56,463 nucleotides of DNA from a virus (Duplodnaviria; Caudoviricetes). Every line of letters starts with the position of its first letter. The first letter of the stretch is position 1. The position numbers and the translations under genes were made by a program. Shown piece after piece: positions 36,359 to 44,237 of this stretch. Location of the stretch: positions 1 through 56,463 of IMG/VR virus record IMGVR_UViG_3300025400_000023. One strand, written 5' to 3'. Below the pieces are notes generated by a model. That model was not told the DNA's origin. It saw only the letters and a list, made by a program, of their open reading frames with translations, and made no database searches.

Positions 36359-36598
36359 TCACTTGTGCTTGTGATGAACATGACCACCATGAGCCATGTG
36401 TTTTTGATGCTTATGCAAATGCTCTACCACTTCGTGGTGAACCTCATGCCCAGCAGCATGCTCACTATAGTGATGGTGATGATGAACGTGACCACCAGCT
36501 TCATGTTCTTTCATGTGATGAACATGGTGCTTGTGCTCATGGGGGTGCTCATGGCCGTGAGGATGTGCGGGTACTTCGTGATGTGATTTCATGTTCAT
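36359..36598 (-). CDS. histidine-rich protein (about 40% His)
   Basis: About 32 His in 79 aa by hand count; AAGGA RBS; operon strand. Confidence 0.7.
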   Translation of the reverse strand: MNMKSHHEVPAHPHGHEHPHEHKHHVHHMKEHEAGGHVHHHHHYSEHAAGHEVHHEVVEHLHKHQKHMAHGGHVHHKHK

Positions 36599-36601
36599 TC
36601 C

Positions 36602-37264
36602 TTAGCAAATTTTGCCGCCACGTTTTTTGGCATTAATGATTGGTCCTGTACCAATGTCATTGCCCTTCATCTTAGGCATCATGGCACGAGTGTGACCCTT
36701 CTCTTGAATAGCATGTTCGCCATGAGGACGGTTACCTTTTCTCAAGTCTCCGCCTTTTTCCATGTGGCTTGGCTCCATGCGAACGTCACCGCCCTTGGCA
36801 TAGTGGTGCTTAGTAGCTTTACCACCGTGCTTGAGCATCTTCTCGCCCATCTCTTTAGAGTGTGGCTCGCCCTTTTCCATAGTCTTGCCACCAGCTTTCA
36901 TCGCCATCTTGAGATGGTGGTGAGCCATCTTCATGTGATGATGATGATCTTCAGCCTTACCGCCATGCTTCATGCCAGGCATAGCAGGAGCAGCAGCAGG
37001 AGCAGCCATAGGTGCTTTGCGGGGCATCGCTCTGGCCATCATAGCGGCAGCACGGGGATTCATTCCCATACCACCCATAGCCATTTTCTTCTCATGTTTC
37101 TCGTGTTTCATAGTTCCACCTTCTTTAAATTTTTTGCCTTTATCGGCATTTACAAAATCTTCACCTACCTTTTGGGGTATGTGAACCTTCTTTGCAAACG
37201 CCTTGTTGTGAGCGATTGCTTCCATAAAATCATGCTGCTTCTTGCTATGAGATGGCATGGGCAT
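36602..37264 (-). CDS. His/Met/Lys-rich protein with eight xxGG motifs
   Basis: PSHSKKQHDFMEAIAHN N-terminus; FKEGG, MAMGG, MKHGG, MKAGG, LKHGG, YAKGG, MEKGG, KKRGG. Confidence 0.8.
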   Translation of the reverse strand: MPMPSHSKKQHDFMEAIAHNKAFAKKVHIPQKVGEDFVNADKGKKFKEGGTMKHEKHEKKMAMGGMGMNPRAAAMMARAMPRKAPMAAPAAAPAMPGMKHGGKAEDHHHHMKMAHHHLKMAMKAGGKTMEKGEPHSKEMGEKMLKHGGKATKHHYAKGGDVRMEPSHMEKGGDLRKGNRPHGEHAIQEKGHTRAMMPKMKGNDIGTGPIINAKKRGGKIC

Positions 37265-37490
37265 TCTCCATTAGTCGATCAATTTTGCTTTCCAGTCTGT
37301 CCAACCGATCCAACACTCTGTTGATATCTGCATGGACTTCTGCTTTTGTCACATACTCTTTTGCCATCTCTTCCCGTGTCCGATTGAGCAAAATAGTAAT
37401 GCGTTGCAATTCTGCTGATTTCTCTCTCAACACCCATCCTAAAATAGCGACAAGCAAGGATAGAACTGCATTCCACATCGTTGTGTCCAT
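37245..37490 (-). CDS. N-terminal TM plus coiled-coil protein
   Basis: WNAVLSLLVAILGW...TREEMAKEYVTK...LESKIDRL. Confidence 0.75.
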   Translation of the reverse strand: MDTTMWNAVLSLLVAILGWVLREKSAELQRITILLNRTREEMAKEYVTKAEVHADINRVLDRLDRLESKIDRLMENAHAIS

Positions 37491-37915
37491 TATAGGTATC
37501 TACCTTTTGTATGTCCACGTTTTGCAATCCCATCTGCACGTTTAGATGCATGACCAAATACCACAGTAATGCTTTTATCACCCCTCTTGTCTGCCGCTTT
37601 TACTGCCGCTTCAGCACTGGGGTAATGTCTGATTTTCCCACCCTTTTTCTTGCCCTCAATCTGTGGCTGCTCTATCGAGTCAGGCAAAGGCTGTTGGTCA
37701 GGATTAAATACTTTCTGTCTTGCAGACTCAGCAGCATCAGCGTCTTCTGGTCTTGGTTTAAAACCCATGCCAGCGCCTCTGCCACCAGTTACATACTGTT
37801 GCAAACGGCTTTGATAGTCAGCTTCTTTTTTAGCATTCTGCTTGGCAGCATTGTTGATGATATTCAACTGCTCTTGCATCTGCTCAGGTGGGGAATTAAT
37901 GTTCATGCCGCCCAT
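37490..37915 (-). CDS. small protein with KKGG and ADGIAKRGHTKG motifs
   Basis: 141-aa ORF in the operon. Confidence 0.75.
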   Translation of the reverse strand: MGGMNINSPPEQMQEQLNIINNAAKQNAKKEADYQSRLQQYVTGGRGAGMGFKPRPEDADAAESARQKVFNPDQQPLPDSIEQPQIEGKKKGGKIRHYPSAEAAVKAADKRGDKSITVVFGHASKRADGIAKRGHTKGRYL

Positions 37916-37916
37916 A

Positions 37917-38528
37917 TTAAATCATCCTTCCTTTAGTATGACCCTTTTGAGCAATACCGTCAGCACGTTTAGATGGTGATGATCTGGTTACTCCACCTTT
38001 TGCATGATGCTTAACTTTGCCACCACGCTTCATCAAGTCACCGCCTGGCTCTTTAGGAGCGCCAATATCATCCCTAATGCCTGGCCCATAATCTTTTTCT
38101 TCCTTCATCATGGGTGCAGGCTCGGCAGAAATCGTTGTTTTAGAAACAGATCTCTTCACTGGCTTCTTATCCAGTGCGCCTTTTTCAATTCTCTCTTGTG
38201 CATCTTTAGTCAGAGTAACTCTATCGCCTGATGTGGCAGCATCTGCAGCCATGTCACCAAGACCAGATGCATCAACTAATGTTTTACCAATACCTGTTGC
38301 ATTGTCAATCAAACGACCTGCAGTGTATCCAGCTCCAAGAACACCAAGCGCCAATTTACCACGGCCACCCAAACGACTAGCCGCACGACTAGCAGCTTCT
38401 TCAACAGAATCAACGGCAGCACCACGCAAACCATTTGTGCTTTTAAGTGCTTTCTTGATGTCTTCACCAACACCTTTGACCACATCTTCTTCACGAATGT
38501 TAGGAACTCTATCCCATTTTGTTGCCAT
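37917..38528 (-). CDS. protein with MKRGG/AKGG and ADGIAQKGHTKG motifs
   Basis: 203-aa ORF in the operon. Confidence 0.75.
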   Translation of the reverse strand: MATKWDRVPNIREEDVVKGVGEDIKKALKSTNGLRGAAVDSVEEAASRAASRLGGRGKLALGVLGAGYTAGRLIDNATGIGKTLVDASGLGDMAADAATSGDRVTLTKDAQERIEKGALDKKPVKRSVSKTTISAEPAPMMKEEKDYGPGIRDDIGAPKEPGGDLMKRGGKVKHHAKGGVTRSSPSKRADGIAQKGHTKGRMI

Positions 38529-38529
38529 G

Positions 38530-38817
38530 TTAAACCATCCTTCCTTTGGTCAGCCCCTTAACGGCACATCCATCAGCACATTTCCATACACGCAAACTCT
38601 TGTTGATCCTGCTATTTGGATCGTTGGCGGTTTTGGATGAAGTCAGCTTTTTCTTCATCCCTTCCATCCGAGCGCAAAAACTTTTCTTCCTTGATCCGCC
38701 CTCGGGTTGGGGAGCTTTTAAATTCATCCCCTCCCTCTTTGCTGAGGCTCGACCCTTGGCGTTTAGACCGCCATTCGGATTCTTCCCTTCTTTGCGTTGC
38801 CATGCGGGGGTGCTCAT
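38530..38817 (-). CDS. small basic phage protein (DUF6321-like)
   Basis: PAWQRKEGKNPNGGLNAKGRAS...RKKSFCARM...RINKSLRVWKC. Confidence 0.72.
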   Translation of the reverse strand: MSTPAWQRKEGKNPNGGLNAKGRASAKREGMNLKAPQPEGGSRKKSFCARMEGMKKKLTSSKTANDPNSRINKSLRVWKCADGCAVKGLTKGRMV

Positions 38818-39596
38818 TATGTGCTTCCAGCATCAGCATTGTTCTTAATCAAATAACCTTCTTGCGAAACCGTTAAGGCCGCAGTGCCAGTGCTGGCTTT
38901 TGCCTGCAATTGGATATCTGTTTTTTCCGCCACTGCTCTAGGCATAACCCTTTGCGTATGGTAGTTGTTTGTAAACGGAGCAATGATTGTAACAGTGGAT
39001 ACACCAGTGCTAGTTGTTTGATAGTTTTGATACGTTGCGTAACCAGCAGGGTTAGCGTTCAAGCTTGTATTAATGTCAATACGGCTTAAATAAAACGTAT
39101 ACCCCGCAGGTACGGTATAGATGCCCATCAAAGTGCGGCCATTGCCAGCTAAAATTTCTGCATACAACGTAGTGTCAGTTGTATCTTTTAGCGTGATGTT
39201 TCCTGTAGGTGCACCGGCCGTTACTGCCATGCTGTTGATACGGAAATAATATTTCACTGTAGTTACAGCGGTTGTACCATTCAACTTCAATGTTTCAGAA
39301 ATTTGGTTGTAGTTTGCATCCAAACCATTTATGGTCACTGAAGAAGTTGTATCTGCTCCGGTATTAACCGAGCTAGCAAGATGCATTTGAATTGCAGACG
39401 ATGGAAAAGTATAGGCGGTATTACCTTCCCATACAGGTACAAAAGATGTACCTACCGCTGCTTGGTAGCCATAAATGTTTAGGACACTGTGCCCATAAAC
39501 CTGACCACGAGCAACTTGCAAATCAAATGGCTCAGTTTTACTCTGGCGAGTAATTGAATTCAAAACGTTGTTTGTTGCTGGTACATTTGTAGCCAT
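38817..39596 (-). CDS. virion structural protein
   Basis: EPFDLQVARGQV.GH...VTINGLDANY...YTVPAGYTFY. Confidence 0.7.
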   Translation of the reverse strand: MATNVPATNNVLNSITRQSKTEPFDLQVARGQVYGHSVLNIYGYQAAVGTSFVPVWEGNTAYTFPSSAIQMHLASSVNTGADTTSSVTINGLDANYNQISETLKLNGTTAVTTVKYYFRINSMAVTAGAPTGNITLKDTTDTTLYAEILAGNGRTLMGIYTVPAGYTFYLSRIDINTSLNANPAGYATYQNYQTTSTGVSTVTIIAPFTNNYHTQRVMPRAVAEKTDIQLQAKASTGTAALTVSQEGYLIKNNADAGST

Positions 39597-39611
39597 GAAT
39601 AATCTCCTTAA

Positions 39612-39639
39612 AGTTTAAAGATGGGGGCCTAAGCCCCCA
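39612..39639 (-). terminator. probable weak intrinsic terminator
   Basis: TGGGGGC/GCCCCCA stem with 4-nt loop followed by TCTTT on the minus strand. Confidence 0.5.
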
Positions 39640-39644
39640 GAAGA

Positions 39645-40337
39645 TTAATCAAAGTTACCGTAGGGGTAAGTTGTAGAGTTACCAATGTTCATGTCAAGTT
39701 GAGTATAACGAATTGTTACTTCAATCTGACCTGATGTTGGAGTTGCCAAACTTGTATTGGTAATCTTCAAAGTCACAACAACTTGAGAGAACCATGTTGG
39801 CTGAGTTCCAACTTGTGGGTTTTGTACGTCTTGCAATGTTGCTGCCAATTGTGAACCAACAAATGTTGCCGTACCACGAGTAGCAGAAGTAATCGCGGCC
39901 ATCGTAGCGTAAACACCAGTGCTAGTAGCAAAGTTGTTAGACACATAAGGTTGGATGGAGTTAGCAGTTACGCTACCGTCTGTGGGTAATGTGCCAACGT
40001 CAACGATCACATCAGTGATGTTTGATGCATAAGGCAAATAGAAAACCACGCCACGATAAACCGTACCAGATGTATCAGCAGTAGGTGCTGAAGCTTTGGT
40101 AGGTCCTGTACTACTGAATACACCAGCTTGTGGTGTGTAAATAACACCTGTGCTATTAGGAATGTTGTTTGAAGAAACAAACACTCCAGAGCCACCGCCA
40201 TAGTTGGCTGTGTTAGGTGTTGTTACTGAAAAGTCCAACAATGCTGTTTGAACTAAATCTGCATATCCGACATCACGGATTGGACCAAAGCGGTTATCGC
40301 CAGATAAAATTGGTCCTTCAAAGGTGCTGCGTCCCAT
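39645..40337 (-). CDS. capsid-associated/decoration-like protein
   Basis: MGRSTFEGPILSG N-terminus, beta-rich; first gene after the capsid gene. Confidence 0.65.
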   Translation of the reverse strand: MGRSTFEGPILSGDNRFGPIRDVGYADLVQTALLDFSVTTPNTANYGGGSGVFVSSNNIPNSTGVIYTPQAGVFSSTGPTKASAPTADTSGTVYRGVVFYLPYASNITDVIVDVGTLPTDGSVTANSIQPYVSNNFATSTGVYATMAAITSATRGTATFVGSQLAATLQDVQNPQVGTQPTWFSQVVVTLKITNTSLATPTSGQIEVTIRYTQLDMNIGNSTTYPYGNFD

Positions 40338-40344
40338 AATAATT

Positions 40345-40425
40345 CCTTATGCAAAAGCCTCTTGTTAATCGTTGCATCGTCTGCTGGGCCAGTGGCAACA
40401 AGAGAAAAAATCCCAGACAGCCCTC
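40345..40425 (-). ncRNA. pseudoknotted RNA downstream of the Mu-gpT-like capsid gene (Mu-gpT-DE motif candidate)
   Basis: Crossing complementary pairs CTGGG/CCCAG, CTCTTGTT/AACAAGAG and ATGCAA/TTGCAT; position matches the described Mu-gpT downstream element. Confidence 0.55.
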
Positions 40426-40453
40426 AATATACACGAAATAAAAAAAGTGTCAA
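40426..40453 (-). promoter_or_regulatory. sigma70-like promoter
   Basis: TTGACA-16 bp-TATATT on the minus strand right after the capsid terminator. Confidence 0.5.
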
Positions 40454-40454
40454 C

Positions 40455-40486
40455 AAAAAAAGGGCCCTTTTTGGGGGCCCCTTTTT
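40455..40486 (-). terminator. intrinsic (likely bidirectional) terminator after the major capsid gene
   Basis: A-run, GGGCCC/GGGCCC stem, T-run. Confidence 0.8.
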
Positions 40487-40489
40487 CGA

Positions 40490-41392
40490 TCAATAAGAAC
40501 CGTAGATTCCCAATGGATCGGACCAGCCGAAGCTATAACGCTCACGAGCTTTATAGCGAACGTTGCCTGTGTCAAAATCTCCGTCCATGCTATTTTGTAG
40601 CGGTGTACGGACAAAATGCTTCAAGCCATTAGGCACATCGGTAGTCAAGAACCAAGCATTAGTAGCTGTCAAGAAGTGATTGATTGTGTATCCTTCTGGG
40701 ATAGAACCATTGTTCTCGATAGCGTTAATGTCATTGTTGTTTGTACCAACACGCAATTTAGTGTCGAGCAAACGTGTTGCAACGAACTGGAGTGCGGGAG
40801 GAACAATCAACTTCTTGGGCTTGGCAGCGATCAAAAGGCCACGCTCGTCTGTCCATGCGGCGATTTGAATGATAGCGTTCTCAAGAGAAGTCTCATTCAA
40901 GTCAGCAGCAGTAGCAGGAGTGTTGGCATTCGTACCACCGTTCACCAATGGGTGAGCAGAGTTCAACAAAGATACACCGTCACCGCCTACATAAGCAGAA
41001 GAGAAAGCGTTGTTCAAAACAGCCGCTGCCTTTACTTGCTTGGTGTAAGCCATAGCACGAGCCAAACCTTTGGTGTAACGAGCTGACAAAGAGTCATACA
41101 AGTTATCTTCAATCGCCTCTTCAGTGATTGAGAAACCCAAAGCAATGGTTTCGTGGTTGTAACGAGTAGTCCATGCCTCTTGTGCATTGTCATAAGCGAT
41201 GGCAGTGCCCTCGCCTTTAACTGGTGCAGCAGAGAAGCCAGACAGTTTTGTTTCCTCTTCGAATGAACGCTCAGAGGTTTCAGTCTCATAAATCTCTTTA
41301 TGTTCTTCACCGTAACGAGCGTATTCCAAACCGAACAATGCGTTCAAGCCTGGGAGGAGTTCTTTCAATAGTTGTGCGCGTGAAATAGCCAT
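40490..41392 (-). CDS. major capsid protein (Mu gpT-like)
   Basis: MAISRAQLLKELLPGLNALFGLEY...ITEEAIEDNLY...RYKARERYSFGWSD; followed by a terminator. Confidence 0.9.
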   Translation of the reverse strand: MAISRAQLLKELLPGLNALFGLEYARYGEEHKEIYETETSERSFEEETKLSGFSAAPVKGEGTAIAYDNAQEAWTTRYNHETIALGFSITEEAIEDNLYDSLSARYTKGLARAMAYTKQVKAAAVLNNAFSSAYVGGDGVSLLNSAHPLVNGGTNANTPATAADLNETSLENAIIQIAAWTDERGLLIAAKPKKLIVPPALQFVATRLLDTKLRVGTNNNDINAIENNGSIPEGYTINHFLTATNAWFLTTDVPNGLKHFVRTPLQNSMDGDFDTGNVRYKARERYSFGWSDPLGIYGSY

Positions 41393-41405
41393 TTTAAGTT
41401 ACTCC

Positions 41406-42239
41406 TTATCTAGCTGTTGCGTCATAGTACTCATGGATACCAAAGTTCAATTTAACAAGAACTTCAGGGTATTGTGTGAATACTAGGGTTGATGAAGAGG
41501 CAAATGCAGTAATAGGAGCTGCGTTCAACACAACAGTAGTTGCGCCTGCAGAAGCTGCTGTAGCTACATAAGAACCTGACTGAATGATTTGACCGTTAGG
41601 TGCAATAGATGCCACATCTGTTCCTACGGGGAGAGCAAATGGAATACCTGATGCAGTAGTAACAGTAGCAGTACTGATGCTGGTATAACCAACAGTTCCC
41701 AAAGATTGGGCAGTATCACCAACCAAACCAACCACACGAGCTACATAAGCAGAGCTTGTAGTAGCAGCGGGGATGATCAAACCATTTGAGCTATCACCTG
41801 TGTTAACGTTACCAGCCAAGTCAGAACCTTGAAGGTTTTGACCAACCATAGCAACGGCAGCAGAAGTAACAGTTGTTGAACCAGAAGAAGCCACGATAGC
41901 TGCTTTGAAAACAGTATCAGGATCATCTGTAACATAGGCTTGAATATCACCAGCCAATGTATTGGCAGGATAGTATTGGCTAAAGCGTTTCTGTTTGGTA
42001 ACTGGATCTGTATAAGTACAGCCCAAGAAAATACCAACCATACCAGATGCGCCGCCACCAGTGGTGACAGCCAAACGGTTTACCAAGCCACGGGTCAGGT
42101 TAACAAAGTCACCATAAAAGATGTTTGTACCGTAGTTGTATTGGATAGGAAGTAAACGAGTAGAACCCGAAAACACCTGTCCGCCAAGCAAATTGATTGG
42201 CTTTAGCCCGTATGGGGCAGAGACAATTGGATAAGCCAT
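41406..42239 (-). CDS. capsid cement/minor head protein
   Basis: APYGLKP...IFYGD...GIFLGCTY...AYVTDDP; directly upstream of the capsid gene. Confidence 0.7.
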   Translation of the reverse strand: MAYPIVSAPYGLKPINLLGGQVFSGSTRLLPIQYNYGTNIFYGDFVNLTRGLVNRLAVTTGGGASGMVGIFLGCTYTDPVTKQKRFSQYYPANTLAGDIQAYVTDDPDTVFKAAIVASSGSTTVTSAAVAMVGQNLQGSDLAGNVNTGDSSNGLIIPAATTSSAYVARVVGLVGDTAQSLGTVGYTSISTATVTTASGIPFALPVGTDVASIAPNGQIIQSGSYVATAASAGATTVVLNAAPITAFASSSTLVFTQYPEVLVKLNFGIHEYYDATAR

Positions 42240-42258
42240 TTAAGGACTCCTAAAAAAA

Positions 42259-42702
42259 TTAACGACCGATTTGAACCTCGGAACGCCTGTCTTTGAACAA
42301 AGGCATACGAGGATCGCTGTTTCTCATAAACGTGTTGTCAACGGATTCCATCTGCGCTCTGTTTTGATTGTCGTAATATGCATTACGCTGCTCAATGAAC
42401 TCAGCTGGAATACGACACAACAACAAACCGCCAACTTCAATATTGCCTTTGAATCGGCCTTCTTGAGTGGCATGCATCATCATCTCAGGATATTCTTCCG
42501 CTTTCACAGGTTCATATCCCTCTCTGAACTTAGAAGAAATATTAGCAGGATCAGATGTACCTGTCATACTAATACGAACCCATCTATGAGTCCAACCGGG
42601 TCTTGGATTAGGTTCAGGAAGAACTTCTGGCGGCCTCCATGATTCTGGACGCTGCATAAATTCTCTTGACTCTGTTTCTCTTGGCTTACGATTTTCACTC
42701 AT
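42259..42702 (-). CDS. conserved head-region protein
   Basis: Start MSENRK; HRWVR...REGYEPV...VGGLLLCRIP. Confidence 0.75.
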   Translation of the reverse strand: MSENRKPRETESREFMQRPESWRPPEVLPEPNPRPGWTHRWVRISMTGTSDPANISSKFREGYEPVKAEEYPEMMMHATQEGRFKGNIEVGGLLLCRIPAEFIEQRNAYYDNQNRAQMESVDNTFMRNSDPRMPLFKDRRSEVQIGR

Positions 42703-42703
42703 A

Positions 42704-43630
42704 TTAACTTCCTCTTCTTTGTTCTGCCGCAACCTGTTTAGCGTAGAGTTCCAATGGAACACCAAGCTTCTTGGCGATTTGTACCTGTGTCTGAGTAAGC
42801 ACGATCTTTTTGGCCGCTGTGCTTCTGGTAGCAGGTGCTACGTTTGATTTTTTAGCAGAAGGTGTCGCATCCTGCCGTTTTTCAGATTCAAACTTATCTG
42901 GAAATCTTTCCCGCATTTCAGCGTCAATTCTCTGCCAGTACTCGTCACTTGAAGGATTGATGCGCTCTTCAACTGTGAGTTCCTCGTGTAAACCCAGTGC
43001 ATAACTCGTCATGCGCCTGTCTTTACCCCACCAAGAATTCTTTTCCCTCCAGGCTTCCGCCCTTGGGTCAACCTGCTGAATTTGCGGTTGTTGTATTTGT
43101 ACCGCATTTCTTGGCTCCTGTAAAGGGGTAGGCTTAAAGTTTTCAATCTTGTCAGCCCTGATCTTTACATTAGTCAATTGTTCTTGCGCTAATAGCAACG
43201 CATCCGCATCTCCCGATTCGTATGCCTGCTTGTATGCACGTTTGGCATTGTCTAATTCTTGAGCCAAGCCTTGTTTGGCCTGATCAACAATCAGTCTTTG
43301 TCCCTCTGTCAACGAACCCTTGAGTTTTTTGTTCTCCTCAATGATCGAATTGGCAAAGTTAATAGCCTCTTCACGCTCACGCAATGCAGCTTCTTTCGCC
43401 CTACGCTCCTCGTGATAACCTTTGGAGAAATGCTTAATACGATGCTTTACGCTTTCATCGTACTTATTCAGTTCGTCATCGGTTAAATCTGATGGAGGTT
43501 CTTCCATAGGGCGTCTGTTTCTGTCTTCCGCAGGAGTATCGTCAACAATTTCAATCTCTGTATTCTCTACTTCAACTGAAACATTTTCTACTTCGTCTGG
43601 GAATTTAAAGTCATCATTTGATGTAGCCAT
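42704..43630 (-). CDS. capsid scaffolding protein
   Basis: Acidic N-terminus, long coiled coil, C-terminal LTQTQVQIAKKLGVPLELYAK. Confidence 0.78.
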   Translation of the reverse strand: MATSNDDFKFPDEVENVSVEVENTEIEIVDDTPAEDRNRRPMEEPPSDLTDDELNKYDESVKHRIKHFSKGYHEERRAKEAALREREEAINFANSIIEENKKLKGSLTEGQRLIVDQAKQGLAQELDNAKRAYKQAYESGDADALLLAQEQLTNVKIRADKIENFKPTPLQEPRNAVQIQQPQIQQVDPRAEAWREKNSWWGKDRRMTSYALGLHEELTVEERINPSSDEYWQRIDAEMRERFPDKFESEKRQDATPSAKKSNVAPATRSTAAKKIVLTQTQVQIAKKLGVPLELYAKQVAAEQRRGS

Positions 43631-43639
43631 GCAAACTCC

Positions 43640-44047
43640 TTACGCTGCGCGGGTAATGCCGCGGGGATCTTGCACAACCGCTTCGACTGAATCATCATTG
43701 ATTAGTCTGAACTCTTTGCCATGAATCTTAAGTCGTGTACCTGTATTGGGACGCACGATTACAAAATCACCTACCTTACAAGAAGGGCCAGACGGAAATC
43801 TAGTCGCATCTTTATAAGCATCAGGCCCAAGTTTAACTACAAATAGAACAGGGGAGAGCACCTCTTCATAATGCATACTTGTTGCCGCTTTAGCAATTCC
43901 ACTTTCATACTCTTCTTCAATCTCAGGTAATACCGTCAATATCTGAAATCTCACAGGATCAGGGAGTTGCCGCGCCTTTTCCTCTGGACTTTGGGGTAAC
44001 GTTGTCGCAGTCTCCCCGTCTTGACTAATCAATAGTTCACTCATCAT
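43640..44047 (-). CDS. groES: GroES-like co-chaperonin
   Basis: P...ILT...ESGI...VVKLGPDAY...CKVGDFV...GTRLKIHGKEFRLINDDSVEAVV. Confidence 0.85.
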   Translation of the reverse strand: MMSELLISQDGETATTLPQSPEEKARQLPDPVRFQILTVLPEIEEEYESGIAKAATSMHYEEVLSPVLFVVKLGPDAYKDATRFPSGPSCKVGDFVIVRPNTGTRLKIHGKEFRLINDDSVEAVVQDPRGITRAA

Positions 44048-44237
44048 CGTCTTCCTTATATCTTCGCACGAGGTCTTCTATCTCTTGTTGGCAGGTGGCT
44101 AGACCTCGGATCACCCCCACCAATTCACGATAGGCAGCATAGTCGGCTACGCTACCATTCGCTAACGCTTCGATAAGATCGTCTTGACGCAAACGAATTT
44201 TCTTACCGAGATGTTCTAAAACTTGTTGTGACATCAT
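44037..44237 (-). CDS. small head-region protein
   Basis: LANGSVADYAAYRELVGVIRGL, between portal and GroES. Confidence 0.75.
   Translation of the reverse strand: MMSQQVLEHLGKKIRLRQDDLIEALANGSVADYAAYRELVGVIRGLATCQQEIEDLVRRYKEDDDE

Noticed and set aside
36365-37324. Met/Val-rich and His-rich + strand ORFs (36365..36586, 36692..37324)
   Set aside because: Mirror frames of CAT/CAC- and ATG-rich minus-strand genes
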